A stretch of 33,015 nucleotides of DNA from Mycobacteriales bacterium (GTDB lineage Bacteria; Actinomycetota; Actinomycetes; Mycobacteriales; SCTD01), in assembly GCA_035554015.1 (NCBI GenBank), contig DATMJH010000009.1, positions 1 to 33,015 of the forward strand, given 5' to 3'. This document shows, piece by piece, positions 1-9,004 of the stretch. Below the pieces are notes generated by a model. The model was given only the letters and a program-made list of their open reading frames with translations, ran no database searches and was not told where the DNA came from. The position numbers and the translations under genes are program-made. The stretch's first letter is position 1. Every line of letters starts with the position of its first letter.

Positions 1-495
1 TCCGGCGAGGACTTCGTCGTGGCGCCGACGCTGCGCGAGCTCGTCGACGGGATGAACCGGGTGACCGGCGGGACGCCGGCACTGGCCTACGAGGACGTCG
101 AGGCCGAGATCGTCGCGCGCGACCGGGAGATGGACAACGCCTTCACCAAGGACCTGCAGGTGGCTGCGCTCCGGCAGGCCCGCAGCTACCGGGGTGACAA
201 GCTCATCCGCGTCGCCAAGCCGCACAAGCTGCTCGACCCCGACGCCGGCCCGCTGGTCGCCGTCCGGCTGCACGTGCTGACGCGCAAGACGCTGGGCGGG
301 CTCGAGACCGACCTGCAGGGACGCGCGCTGCAGGCCGGCGGCGAGCCGTTCCCAGGCCTGTACGCCGCGGGGGAGGTCGCCGGCTTCGGCGGTGGCGGCG
401 TGCACGGGTACCGCGCGCTGGAGGGCACCTTCCTCGGCGGGTGCGTGTTCTCCGGCCGCGCCGCCGGTCGTGGCGCGGCGGCGGACACCGCATGA
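1..495 (+). CDS. FAD-binding dehydrogenase, C-terminal part (5' end lies upstream of the window)
   Basis: Frame 1 is open from base 1 (SGEDFV precedes listed ORF 19..495). The tail GLYAAGEVAGFGGGGVHGYRALEGTFLGGCVFSGR is the FAD-contacting C-terminus I associate with fumarate-reductase/KstD-like flavoproteins. TGA 493-495 overlaps the next start (ATGA). Confidence 0.8.
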   Translation, partial: SGEDFVVAPTLRELVDGMNRVTGGTPALAYEDVEAEIVARDREMDNAFTKDLQVAALRQARSYRGDKLIRVAKPHKLLDPDAGPLVAVRLHVLTRKTLGGLETDLQGRALQAGGEPFPGLYAAGEVAGFGGGGVHGYRALEGTFLGGCVFSGRAAGRGAAADTA

Positions 496-1277
496 GCGAC
501 CGCCTGGTCACGGTCGAGCGGGACGGCGACGTCCTGCTCATCGGGGTCGACCGCGCCGCCAAGCGCAACGCGTGGGACCGCGCCGTCATCGCCCAGGTCG
601 GTGAGGCGTACGAGGAGCTCGCCGACTCCGACGCCCGGGTCGGCGTCGTGTTCGGTCACGGCGACCACTTCTCCGCCGGGCTCGACCTGGCCGACGTGCT
701 GCCCGCGGTGCAGGAGTCCGGGCCGCAGGTGCTCGGAGGCGGCGGCCGGTTCGACCCGTTCGCGCTCTGGGCCGACCCGGTGCCCAAGCCGGTGGTCCTG
801 GCGGTGCAGGGCATCGCGTTCACGTTGTCGATCGAGCTCGCGCTGGCGAGCGACGTCGTGGTCGCGGCGGACGACGTGCGGTTTCGGCAGCTGGAGATCG
901 GCCGGGGCATCCTGCCGTTCGGCGGGGCGACGGTGCGCGCGCCGCAGCAGCTCGGGTGGGGCAACGCCATGCGTTGGCTGCTGACGGCGGACGAGTTCGG
1001 TGCGGCGGAGGCGCTCCGGATCGGGCTGGTGCAGGAGGTCGTGCCGCCGGGTCGGCAGCTCGAGCGCGCCGTCGAGATCGCGCGCACCATCGCGGCCCAG
1101 GCGCCGCTCGGCGTCGAGGGGACGCTGCTGTCGGCCCGGCAGGCGCTCCGGCGCAACGACGCCGCCGCGGCCGACCACCTGCGTGAGCTGCTGCCACGGC
1201 TGGTGTCGTCCTTCGACGCGCAGGAGGGCCTGCAGTCCTTCCTGGAGCGGCGCGCCGCGCGCTTCACCGGCCAATGA
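492..1277 (+). CDS. enoyl-CoA hydratase/isomerase (crotonase) family protein
   Basis: ATG 492 overlaps the upstream stop. Crotonase motifs GHGDHFSAGLDL and KPVVLAVQGIAFTLSIELALASD are present. The ORF-track extension 441-491 is Arg-rich and rejected. Confidence 0.9.
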   Translation: MSDRLVTVERDGDVLLIGVDRAAKRNAWDRAVIAQVGEAYEELADSDARVGVVFGHGDHFSAGLDLADVLPAVQESGPQVLGGGGRFDPFALWADPVPKPVVLAVQGIAFTLSIELALASDVVVAADDVRFRQLEIGRGILPFGGATVRAPQQLGWGNAMRWLLTADEFGAAEALRIGLVQEVVPPGRQLERAVEIARTIAAQAPLGVEGTLLSARQALRRNDAAAADHLRELLPRLVSSFDAQEGLQSFLERRAARFTGQ

Positions 1278-1284
1278 CCGGCGT

Positions 1285-4200
1285 TCAGACCAGCGCGTCG
1301 AGCGCCCGCAGCACCCGCTTCTCCGACACCGGGTAGGCCGTGCGCATGGGCTGGGCGAACAGGCCGATGCGCAGCTCCTCGAGCATCCATCGCACCTCGA
1401 CGACCTCGGGCGCGCTCCGTCTCGCCGGTGGCAGCCGTGCCAGCACGTCGGCGTGGTCGCGCTCGACCCCGTGCACCAGGCGCATCGCGCGACGGTCGCG
1501 ATCGACGTCGTCGGTCAGCCGGTCGAGCCGGCGGTGCGCGGCCTGCACGTAGCGCACGAGGTCGGGCAGGCGCCGGCGGCCGGTGCGCGAGACGAACGAC
1601 GGGCCGACCAGCCGGTCGACCTGGCTGCGGACATCGGCGACGGCGTCCTGCAGCAGCGGGTGGGTGGTGCCGTCGAGCCGCTCGCGCAGCCGCTGCGCCT
1701 CGGCGAGGACCGTGCCGGTGTCGTCCACCAGCCGCTCGACCTCGCGCTCGAGCCGGCCGCGCGCGGCATCACGCACGCGGACCCACGCCTCTGCGTCCCA
1801 CGGCGGGCCGCCTGACTCGTCGACGAGCACGTCGACGGCGGCCTCCACGCAGTCCTGCAGCAACGCCGGCACGCTCGGGTACGGGCTCGAGGCGAGCGCG
1901 AGCTTCGTGCGGTTCGGCATCCGGCCGACGACGGCCTTGAGCGGGGAGGGCAGCTGCAGCAGGAGCAGCCGGCGGACGCCGCGGCGGTGCACGGCGGCCT
2001 GCTCGGCCGGTGTGGGCAGCACCCGCACCGCGACGCTCGCTCCCTCGTCGACCAGCGCGGGATACGCCCGCACCGCGCCGACGTCGACCGCCTGCGGCAG
2101 CGCGCCGGCGGGGAAGTCGGTGAGCCCGGTGCGCTCGAGTCGCGACGTCGCCGTCGACAGCGCGGCACGCAGCCGCGGCGCGAGCTCGGCGCGCAGCGCG
2201 TCGAGGTCCTTGCCCTCGGCGAGCACGTCGCCGTCGTCGTGCACCCGGATGGTCATGCGCAGGTGCGGTGGCACGCGCGAGAGGTCCCAGTCGGCAGGCT
2301 GGACGAGCACGCCGGTGGTGCGGCGGACGGCGTCGGCCAGCACGTCGAGCAGTGGACCGCTGCGCGGTTCGACGGCGTCGAGCAGGTCGCGGGCGCGGTC
2401 GGGTGCGGGGCCGAGCGCGCGCCGCACCGGCTTGGGCAGCCCGCGCAGCAGCTCGGTCACGAGCTCGTGCCGGAAGCCGGGCACCTGCCAGGCGAGGTCG
2501 TCGCCGTCGACCCGGTTGAGCAGCTCGAGGGGCACGTCGACGGTCACGCCGTCCTCGGCCGAGCCGGGCTCGAACACGTAGTGCAGGTCGAGCCGCAGTT
2601 CGTCGGGCGGCCGGCCCTGCACCCAGGCGTCGGGCAGGTCGAGCGCGCTGACGGCGGCGGCGTCGTCCTGCACCAGATCGGCGATCGTGAGGGTCAGCAG
2701 GCCGGGCGTCTCGTGCCGCTGCCGCTTCCACCACGCGTCGAAGTGCCGGCCGCTGACGACGTCCGCGGGCACGCGCGCGTCGTAGAAGGTGAACAGGGCC
2801 TCGTCGTCGACGGCGAGGTCGCGGCGCCGCAGCCGGTCCTCCAGCGCCTCCACCGTCTCGAGTGTGGCGCGGTTCTGCGCGACGAAGGCGTGCTGCGTGT
2901 CCCACTCGCCCTCGACGAGGCCCTGGCGCAGCAGCAGCTCGCGCGACAGCTCCGGGTCGATGCGGCCGTAGTCGACGGTGCGGCCGGCGACGATCGGGAC
3001 GCCGTAGAGCGTCACCCGCTCGGTCGCGACGACGCCGGCTCGCTTCTTCGACCAGTGCGGCTCGCTGTACTGCCGCTTCACCAGGTGCTGCGCGAGCGGC
3101 TCCACCCACGCCGGGTCGATCCGCGCGACGGTGCGAGCGAACAGCCGGGACGTCTCGACGAGCTCGCCGGCCATGACCCAGCGCGGTTGCTTCCTCGCCA
3201 GTGCCGAGCCGGGGAAGACCGCGAACCGCGCTCCGCGTGCGCCGAGGTAGTCGCGCCTGACCTCGTCGCGCACGCCGATGTGCGACAGCAGCCCCGCCAG
3301 CACCGCGCGGTGCACCTGCGTGTCGGAGGCCGGTGCGTCGTCGTCCACCTGCACGTCCATGTCGCGGACGGCGCTGCGCAGCTGCGCGTACAGGTCCTGC
3401 CACTCGCGGATCCGCAGGTAGTGCAGGAACTCTCGCCGGCACAACCGGCGGAAAGCGCTGCTGGACAGCTCGTCCTGCCTGTCCTGCAGGTAGCGCCACA
3501 GGTTGAGCCAGGTGGTGAAGTCGGAGTGCTCGTCGCGGAACCGCGCGTGCAGCTGGTCGGCCTTCGCGCGCTCGTCGGTCGGGCGCTCGCGCGGGTCCTG
3601 GATGCTCATCGCCGCCGCGAGCACCAGCACCTCGTGCACGCAGCCGGTGCGGTCGGCCTCGAGCACCATGCGCCCGAGCCGGGGGTCGACCGGCAGCCGG
3701 GCCAGCCGACGCCCGATCGACGTGAGCCGCTTGTCGCGGTCGAATGCTCCGAGCTCCTGCAGAAGGTCGACGCCGTCGCGCACCTGGCGCCGGTCCGGCG
3801 GGTCGACGAACGGGAACGCCTCGACGTCGCCCAGGCCCAGCGCCGCCATCTGCAGCAGCACGCTGGCGAGGTTCGTACGCAGGATCTCGGGGTCGGTGAA
3901 CTCGGGCCGTCCGAGGAAGTCGTCCTCGCTGTAGAGCCGGATGCAGATGCCGGCGGCGACGCGGCCGCAGCGACCCTTGCGCTGGTCGGCGCTGGCCCGG
4001 CTGATGGGCTCGATCGGCAGCCGCTGCACCTTCGTGCGCATCGAGTAACGGCTGATGCGCGCGCTGCCCGGATCGACGACGTAGCGGATGCCCGGCACGG
4101 TCAGTGAGGTCTCGGCGACGTTGGTGGCGAGCACGACGCGGTTGCCGCTCGACGGCGTGAACACGCGGTGCTGCTCGGCGGCGGACAGCCGCCCGTAGAG

Positions 4201-5151
4201 CGGCAGCACCTCGGTGCCCTCACGGGCGCGGCCGCGCAGCGCGTCGGCGGCGTCGCGGATCTCGCGCTCGCCCGACAGGAACACCAGCACGTCGCCGGGG
4301 CCCTCGGCCTGCAGCTCGTCGACGGCGTCGCAGATGGCGGTGATCTCGTCGCGCGGCTCGCTGTCCTCGTCGTCGTCGACATCAGCCGTGCGCGGGCGGT
4401 AGCGCACCTCCACCGGGAACGTCCGGCCGGTCACCTCGACGACGGGCGCGCCGCCGAAGTGCTCGGCGAACCGCGCGGTCTCGATGGTCGCGCTGGTGAT
4501 GACGACCGTGAGGTCGGGCCGTCGCGGCAGCAGCTGCGCGAGGTACCCGAGCAGGAAGTCGACGTTGAGCGACCGCTCGTGCGCCTCGTCGACGACGATC
4601 GCGTCGTAGGTCAGCAGGTCGCGGTCGCGCTGCAGCTCGGCCAGCAGCACGCCGTCGGTCATCAGCTTGACCAGCGTGTCGTCGCCGGCCCGGTCGGTGA
4701 AGCGCACCTTGTAGCCGACGGCCGACCCGAGCGGCACCTCGAGCTCCTCGGCGACGCGCTCGGCGACCGTGCGCGCGGCGATCCGGCGCGGCTGGGTGTG
4801 GCCGATCTGCCCTCGCACGCCCCGGCCCAGCTCGAGCAGCATCTTGGGCAGCTGCGTGGTCTTGCCGCTGCCGGTCTCGCCGGCCACCACGACCACCTGC
4901 GACGACGACAGGGCCGCGAGCAGGTCCTCGCGTCGGGCGCTGACCGGCAGGTCCGGGTAGCGGATGTGCGGCACCGACGCGCGGCGCCGGGCGATGCGCT
5001 GCTCGGCGCGCGCCAAGTCGGCGAGCAGCCGGTCGCCGACGCGCCTGTCGGGCAGCCGGCGGAGCTGGCCGGCCAGCCGGCGCTCGTCCCGCAGCGTCAA
5101 CCCGGGGAGCCGGCTCCGGACGTCGTCGAGCGAGACCGGCGCGGCGTCCAT
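1285..5151 (-). CDS. hrpA: ATP-dependent RNA helicase HrpA (DEAH box)
   Basis: Walker A GETGSGKTTQLP, DEAH box VVDEAHERS, and a long HrpA-type C-terminal extension. Start taken at ATG 5151 (MDAAPVSLDD...); GTG 5196 is the longest alternative (1303 aa). Confidence 0.95.
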   Translation of the reverse strand: MDAAPVSLDDVRSRLPGLTLRDERRLAGQLRRLPDRRVGDRLLADLARAEQRIARRRASVPHIRYPDLPVSARREDLLAALSSSQVVVVAGETGSGKTTQLPKMLLELGRGVRGQIGHTQPRRIAARTVAERVAEELEVPLGSAVGYKVRFTDRAGDDTLVKLMTDGVLLAELQRDRDLLTYDAIVVDEAHERSLNVDFLLGYLAQLLPRRPDLTVVITSATIETARFAEHFGGAPVVEVTGRTFPVEVRYRPRTADVDDDEDSEPRDEITAICDAVDELQAEGPGDVLVFLSGEREIRDAADALRGRAREGTEVLPLYGRLSAAEQHRVFTPSSGNRVVLATNVAETSLTVPGIRYVVDPGSARISRYSMRTKVQRLPIEPISRASADQRKGRCGRVAAGICIRLYSEDDFLGRPEFTDPEILRTNLASVLLQMAALGLGDVEAFPFVDPPDRRQVRDGVDLLQELGAFDRDKRLTSIGRRLARLPVDPRLGRMVLEADRTGCVHEVLVLAAAMSIQDPRERPTDERAKADQLHARFRDEHSDFTTWLNLWRYLQDRQDELSSSAFRRLCRREFLHYLRIREWQDLYAQLRSAVRDMDVQVDDDAPASDTQVHRAVLAGLLSHIGVRDEVRRDYLGARGARFAVFPGSALARKQPRWVMAGELVETSRLFARTVARIDPAWVEPLAQHLVKRQYSEPHWSKKRAGVVATERVTLYGVPIVAGRTVDYGRIDPELSRELLLRQGLVEGEWDTQHAFVAQNRATLETVEALEDRLRRRDLAVDDEALFTFYDARVPADVVSGRHFDAWWKRQRHETPGLLTLTIADLVQDDAAAVSALDLPDAWVQGRPPDELRLDLHYVFEPGSAEDGVTVDVPLELLNRVDGDDLAWQVPGFRHELVTELLRGLPKPVRRALGPAPDRARDLLDAVEPRSGPLLDVLADAVRRTTGVLVQPADWDLSRVPPHLRMTIRVHDDGDVLAEGKDLDALRAELAPRLRAALSTATSRLERTGLTDFPAGALPQAVDVGAVRAYPALVDEGASVAVRVLPTPAEQAAVHRRGVRRLLLLQLPSPLKAVVGRMPNRTKLALASSPYPSVPALLQDCVEAAVDVLVDESGGPPWDAEAWVRVRDAARGRLEREVERLVDDTGTVLAEAQRLRERLDGTTHPLLQDAVADVRSQVDRLVGPSFVSRTGRRRLPDLVRYVQAAHRRLDRLTDDVDRDRRAMRLVHGVERDHADVLARLPPARRSAPEVVEVRWMLEELRIGLFAQPMRTAYPVSEKRVLRALDALV

Positions 5152-5334
5152 CAGGCGCACCAGCGTAGGCGGCGGTCGGGCAGCGTGGCTGCCCACCGTG
5201 GAGCTGTCTCGGCAGCCGCACAGGGCGTCCGCGTGCCCACCCGTCGGGCCCTGAGCTCGTCCCCGGTGTCGAAGACGAGCGCGTGCTGACGAGGCGGACC
5301 CTCGGTGCGCCTCTTCGCTCTCGTGGGAAGCGGC

Positions 5335-5562
5335 TCAGCGGCCGAGCCGCGCCTGCAGCAGCTTCTTGCCCTGCTCGCCGCCCTTGCGGCTCTCGGCCTG
5401 CGCCTTGCGGAAGAAGTCCGCGAGCTCGGAGTCGCCCGCCCGCTCGGCGTCCTGGATGTAGGTCTCGAGACGGAGCGCGTTCGCGAGCGACTGCTCGGTG
5501 AACCACAGGATGTTGTAGTCCTTGTCGGCGACTCCGGTGATGTTGCCGGTCTCCTGGCTCAT
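5335..5562 (-). CDS. small helical protein, family not recognised
   Basis: 75 aa beginning MSQETGNITGVADKDYNILWFTEQSL. ATG 5562 is preceded by AAGGAGG 5 nt upstream. Composition is balanced (K, Y, W, F, N), unlike shadow ORFs. Confidence 0.7.
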   Translation of the reverse strand: MSQETGNITGVADKDYNILWFTEQSLANALRLETYIQDAERAGDSELADFFRKAQAESRKGGEQGKKLLQARLGR

Positions 5563-5748
5563 GCTGCCTCCTTGTGTCAGCGATGTCGGACACTCCCGCC
5601 CTACCCGTGCCGCGTCGACCTGCACGCGGTGGTCACGACCTCGGACCCGGTGGTCGCCCGGCCGGGTCGCCGGTCTCCACGAGAGCGTCAGCGGCCCCGG
5701 TCACCGGCCTTCGACAGAAGCAGGCCGGCACTGCGCTTCGCGCTGTGG

Positions 5749-6132
5749 TCAGGCTGTGCCCTGCCCGCCGTCGGGAGGGAGCGGCCGGCGCCCGGCGAAA
5801 CCGAGCTCGGGCCGGTGGTACCAGGCCAGCTCGCGGTCGCCCTCGAGCCAGCACAGCAGCACCGGCTCGCCGTCGAGGTCGGCGGGGAAGTCGAGCAGCA
5901 GCGGCGCGATGCCCTTGAGCTCGACACCGGTCTCCTGGATCTCGGTGAGCAGGTCGTCCAGGCGCGCGGTCGCGGCCTTGAGCTCGGGCAGCCCTCCCAG
6001 CGGCGTCGGGCGGCCGCCGTTGACGGCGGCGGCCAGCTCGGCGTGGTCGCCGCGGAGCCGGACGACGTCGTCGAGGAGAGGGAGCAGGCGGGCGAGCTCG
6101 GCGCGCGCCTCGTCGACCGTGAAGAGCCCCAC
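5749..6132 (-). CDS. DUF2203-like protein
   Basis: 127 aa from GTG 6132 (VGLFTVDEARAEL...). The pattern GVELKG..LLDFPA...VLLCWLEGD..LAWYH...GFAGRRPL matches my recollection of DUF2203. No clear SD. The rest of listed ORF 5749..6843 is the antisense shadow of the acyl-CoA dehydrogenase. Confidence 0.75.
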   Translation of the reverse strand: MGLFTVDEARAELARLLPLLDDVVRLRGDHAELAAAVNGGRPTPLGGLPELKAATARLDDLLTEIQETGVELKGIAPLLLDFPADLDGEPVLLCWLEGDRELAWYHRPELGFAGRRPLPPDGGQGTA

Positions 6133-6190
6133 GGCGGCGAGCGTGCCAGGCTTCCGCGAGCCCGCGCCCGGCGGGGGAGACGGAGGACCG

Positions 6191-7423
6191 GTGGGTCGAC
6201 AGTTCTCGGCGCCGCGACCACCCGAGCTGCAGCCGCCGTGGCGCACCGACGAGCGCGTCGCGCTGCAGCACCGCGCCCGCGAGTTCGCCACGCACACCGT
6301 GCTGCCGCTGGCCGACGAGCTCGACCCGCAGAAGGGCGAGATGCCGCGCTGGCTGCTCGACCGGATCGCCGAGGAGGGCTGGTTCGGCATCACCATCCCG
6401 GCCGAGGACGGCGGGCTCGGGCTCGGCGTCGTCGAGTACTGCCTGGTCTCGGAGGAGCTGGCCCGCGCCTGGATGAGCGTCGGCAGCATCCTCGCCCGCG
6501 CCCAGGGCCTCGGCACGCAGGTGCTCGACGACGACCGGCGGCACGCGCTGCTGCAGAGGTCCGCGCGCGGCGAGTGGATCGGCGCGATCGCCCTGTCGGA
6601 GCCGGACGCCGGGTCCGACCTCGCCAACGTCTCGACCCGCGCGGTGCGGGACGGCGACGAGTGGGTGCTCACCGGCCGCAAGCGCTGGGCCGGCAACGCG
6701 CTCGCCGCCGACTTCGTCGAGGTGCTCTGCCGGGTCCGCGACCCCGAACCCGGGGAGCCCCGCTCGGCGGGCCTGCAGCCGTTCCTCGTCGTCAAGGAGC
6801 GGGGCGCCTTCCCGGCCGGCATGACCGGGCACGCGATCGACAAGATCGGCTACCACGGCTTCCTCACGTGGGAGCTCGAGCTGGACGGCGTGCGCGTGCC
6901 GGACAGCGACCGGCTCACCGGGCTGTACGCCGAGGAGGGCGGCGCCGACGACGACCCGGACGGCGGCTTCGCGGCCATGCAGCGCGGCCTCAACGTCGCG
7001 CGCGTGCACACCGCTGCCCGGTCGGTGGCGCTGGCCCGCGCGGCGGTGGAGGACTGCACCGCCTACCTGCAGGAGCGGGTGCAGTTCGAGCGCCCCATCG
7101 GCGAGTTCCAGGCGCTGCGGTTCGCGCTCGCCGAGATGGCGGCGGAGGTCGAACAGGCGCGCGCGTTCACCTACTACGTCGCGAACCTGCTCGACGCGGG
7201 TCTGCCGGCCGAGCGCGAGGCCGCCATGGTCAAGCTGACGGCGTCCGAGACGGCCGTGCGGGTGACGGGCCAGGCGATGCAGCTGCACGGCGGCAACGGC
7301 TACACGACCGAGCGGCGGGTCGAGCGCTACTGGCGCGACGCCCGGCTCACCACCATCTTCGAGGGCACCAGCGAGATCCAGAAGCGCATCATCAGCGACC
7401 GGCTGCTCCCGCGGCCGCGCTGA
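6191..7423 (+). CDS. acyl-CoA dehydrogenase
   Basis: 410 aa from GTG 6191 with GGAGG 4 nt upstream. Motifs WIGAIALSEPDAGSD and the C-terminal IFEGTSEIQKRIISDRL are typical of the ACAD family. The N-terminal 223 codons of listed ORF 5522..7423 are Ser/Arg-rich shadow. Confidence 0.9.
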   Translation: MGRQFSAPRPPELQPPWRTDERVALQHRAREFATHTVLPLADELDPQKGEMPRWLLDRIAEEGWFGITIPAEDGGLGLGVVEYCLVSEELARAWMSVGSILARAQGLGTQVLDDDRRHALLQRSARGEWIGAIALSEPDAGSDLANVSTRAVRDGDEWVLTGRKRWAGNALAADFVEVLCRVRDPEPGEPRSAGLQPFLVVKERGAFPAGMTGHAIDKIGYHGFLTWELELDGVRVPDSDRLTGLYAEEGGADDDPDGGFAAMQRGLNVARVHTAARSVALARAAVEDCTAYLQERVQFERPIGEFQALRFALAEMAAEVEQARAFTYYVANLLDAGLPAEREAAMVKLTASETAVRVTGQAMQLHGGNGYTTERRVERYWRDARLTTIFEGTSEIQKRIISDRLLPRPR

Positions 7424-7429
7424 CCGCCT

Positions 7430-7546
7430 GGAGCCCTCCCGACGGTTTCAGCAGGCCTGGCGACGGCACCTGCCACTCCGCGCAGAGCCGGCCCGGAGCC
7501 CTCCCGACGGTTCCCGGGCCTCCCGGAGCCGTCGGGAGGGCTCCGG
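7430..7546. repeat. three copies of an 18-nt element (two direct, one inverted)
   Basis: GGAGCCCTCCCGACGGTT occurs identically at 7430-7447 and 7495-7512. Its inverted form CCGTCGGGAGGGCTCCGG lies at 7529-7546. Confidence 0.9.
7493..7546. terminator. bidirectional hairpin between convergent genes
   Basis: Perfect 18-bp stem (7493-7510 pairs with 7529-7546) and 18-nt loop. It sits between the stops at 7423 (+) and 7649 (-). No U-tract on either side. Confidence 0.5.
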
Positions 7547-7648
7547 TCGGGTCAGCGCAGGGCGGCGACGAACAAGTCGGGTCAGCTCGTCGACGATCGG
7601 CCCGGCCGAGGACGACGGCCGCTCGACGCGACCTGACGGACGTGGGGG

Positions 7649-8056
7649 TCAGCGCCCGGCGAGCCCGATCTTGGCCGTCCCCATCGCGAGGCAGACGACG
7701 GCGACCGCCACCGCCAGCACGCTGCCCAGCGCCGTGGCGTCGGCGACGGCCAGGGCGCCGACTGCGACGGCGGCGAAGGCCAGGTCGAGCCCACCCAGCA
7801 CACGCGCGCCGGCGCGCAGGCGGGCGCCGGTGGACCGTCGCACCAGCAGCATGTCGGTACCGACCAGCAAGAACAGGACGCCCACCACGCGGAGCGCCAG
7901 GGGCGTGCCGAGCTCGTCGGACAGCGGCTCGGCGGCGACCAGCGCGACGGCGCCGAGCAGCACCGTGCCGACACCGTCGAGGAGCAGGAGCGCTCGTAGC
8001 GGACGCGCGGCGGGGCCGGCGGACGTGGGAGCGGGGACAGGACCGGTCGTGGTCAT
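7649..8056 (-). CDS. small integral membrane protein (hypothetical)
   Basis: 135 aa from ATG 8056 with GGAGG 7 nt upstream. Three to four hydrophobic segments (LLLLDGVGTVLLGAVALVAA, VVGVLFLLVGTDMLLV, LDLAFAAVAVGALAV, VLAVAVAVVCLAMG). Divergent from the MmyB-like regulator. Confidence 0.7.
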   Translation of the reverse strand: MTTTGPVPAPTSAGPAARPLRALLLLDGVGTVLLGAVALVAAEPLSDELGTPLALRVVGVLFLLVGTDMLLVRRSTGARLRAGARVLGGLDLAFAAVAVGALAVADATALGSVLAVAVAVVCLAMGTAKIGLAGR

Positions 8057-8155
8057 CGGGACCTCCAGGTCGGTGCGGACGGGCCGCACGCTGCCCCGGG
8101 GGGCCGCGCCGTGTCGATGACCTGCGACGTCATGGTCCTGCGCCGCCGCCGGCCC

Positions 8156-8161
8156 TACCGT
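8156..8161 (+). promoter_or_regulatory. -10-like hexamer TACCGT, 6 nt before ATG 8168 (leaderless candidate)
   Basis: TACCGT-TCGGCC-ATG read directly. No SD is present. Same arrangement as at six other starts. Confidence 0.45.
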
Positions 8162-8167
8162 TCGGCC

Positions 8168-8977
8168 ATGACGCTCACCAGCGAACGCCCACTGCGGGCC
8201 GGCTCGGGTGCCGGACCGCTGCTGCGGACCTGGCGCCAGCGCCGCCGGCTCAGCCAGCTCGACCTCGCCTGCGCCGCCGACGTCTCGACCCGGCACCTGT
8301 CGTATGTGGAGACCGGGCGGGCCCGGCCGAGCCGGACGTTCCTGCTGCACGTGGCCGAGCACCTCGACGTGCCGCTGCGCGGCCGCAACGACCTGCTCGT
8401 GGCGGCCGGCTACGCGCCGGTGTTCGGCGAGACCGACCTGGAGGCTCCCGAGATGGCTCCGGTGCGGGCGGCGCTCGACGTCGTGCTCGGCCACCACGAG
8501 CCGTTCCCGGCCGTCGTCGTCGACCGGCAGTGGCGGCTGGTGCGCGCCAACGCCGGCGTCGGCCTGCTGCTCGACCTCGTCGACCCCGCGATGCTCGAGG
8601 GCGAGGTCAACGTGATGCGGCTGTCACTCCACCCGCGCGGGCTCGCGCCGCGGATCGCGGACTTCCCGTCGTTCAGCGCGCACGTGCTCTCGCGGCTGCG
8701 GCGCGAGGCCGCGCTGACCGGCGACCCCGCCCTGACCGCGCTGCACGACGAGCTCAGCGCGCTGCCGGGCGTGCACACGTCGGAGCGGTGGGACGAGCCG
8801 CCCGGCGTCGTGCTCCCCCTGCGGCTGCGGCACCCGGCCGGAGACCTGTCGTTCTTCACCACGGCAGCGGTGTTCGGCACCGCCGCCGACGTGACCCTGG
8901 CCGAGCTGACGGTCGAGCAGTTCTTCCCTGCCGACGACGGCACCGACCGCGCCGTCCGCGCCCTGGCCGCCGGCTGA
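8168..8977 (+). CDS. XRE-type HTH transcriptional regulator with MmyB-like C-terminal domain
   Basis: N-terminal HTH LRTWRQRRRLSQLDLACAADVSTRHLSYVETGRARPS, followed by a ~190-aa domain (PFPAVVVDRQWRLVRAN...) as in MmyB-like regulators. Upstream in-frame starts exist at 8111, 8117 and 8132. Confidence 0.85.
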   Translation: MTLTSERPLRAGSGAGPLLRTWRQRRRLSQLDLACAADVSTRHLSYVETGRARPSRTFLLHVAEHLDVPLRGRNDLLVAAGYAPVFGETDLEAPEMAPVRAALDVVLGHHEPFPAVVVDRQWRLVRANAGVGLLLDLVDPAMLEGEVNVMRLSLHPRGLAPRIADFPSFSAHVLSRLRREAALTGDPALTALHDELSALPGVHTSERWDEPPGVVLPLRLRHPAGDLSFFTTAAVFGTAADVTLAELTVEQFFPADDGTDRAVRALAAG

Positions 8978-9004
8978 CGTCAACGGAGCGGCCGCCGGCA
9001 GACA

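Noticed and set aside
441-491. Upstream extension of the first crotonase ORF, and likewise 5152-5196 of hrpA
   Set aside because: For the crotonase, the extension is Arg-rich, and ATG 492 forms a canonical ATGA overlap with the upstream stop. For hrpA the choice is less certain, so it is given as an alternative in the feature evidence.
1769-4107. 576-aa (minus) and 706-aa (plus) ORFs inside or antisense to hrpA
   Set aside because: Both are low-complexity, Arg-rich translations, and the HrpA frame carries all the helicase motifs. The same reasoning applies to the other Arg/Pro-rich ORFs listed within 5633-7288, 9488-10942, 15843-17378, 17336-19705, 19702-21283 and 23360-25482.
5595-5640. SigB/SigF-type stress promoter (GGGTAG on the minus strand, 5601-5606) upstream of the small ORF
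   Set aside because: I found no GTTT/GNTT-like -35 element at the expected 14-17-nt spacing, so a single -10-like hexamer is insufficient.
7424-7648. 6C-type small RNA, because of C-rich runs (CCCTCCC, CCTCCC)
   Set aside because: In 6C RNAs the C-rich tracts sit in hairpin loops. Here they are mostly within the stems, paired to GGGAGGG. I have no conserved-sequence match that I can verify from memory.
8856-9004. 3' tail of listed ORF 8856..9491
   Set aside because: The tail is Arg-rich nonsense that would overlap the convergent regulator CDS by 120 nt. A neighbouring frame gives a hydrophobic C-terminus ending at 9005, so the tail is treated as a frameshift artefact.
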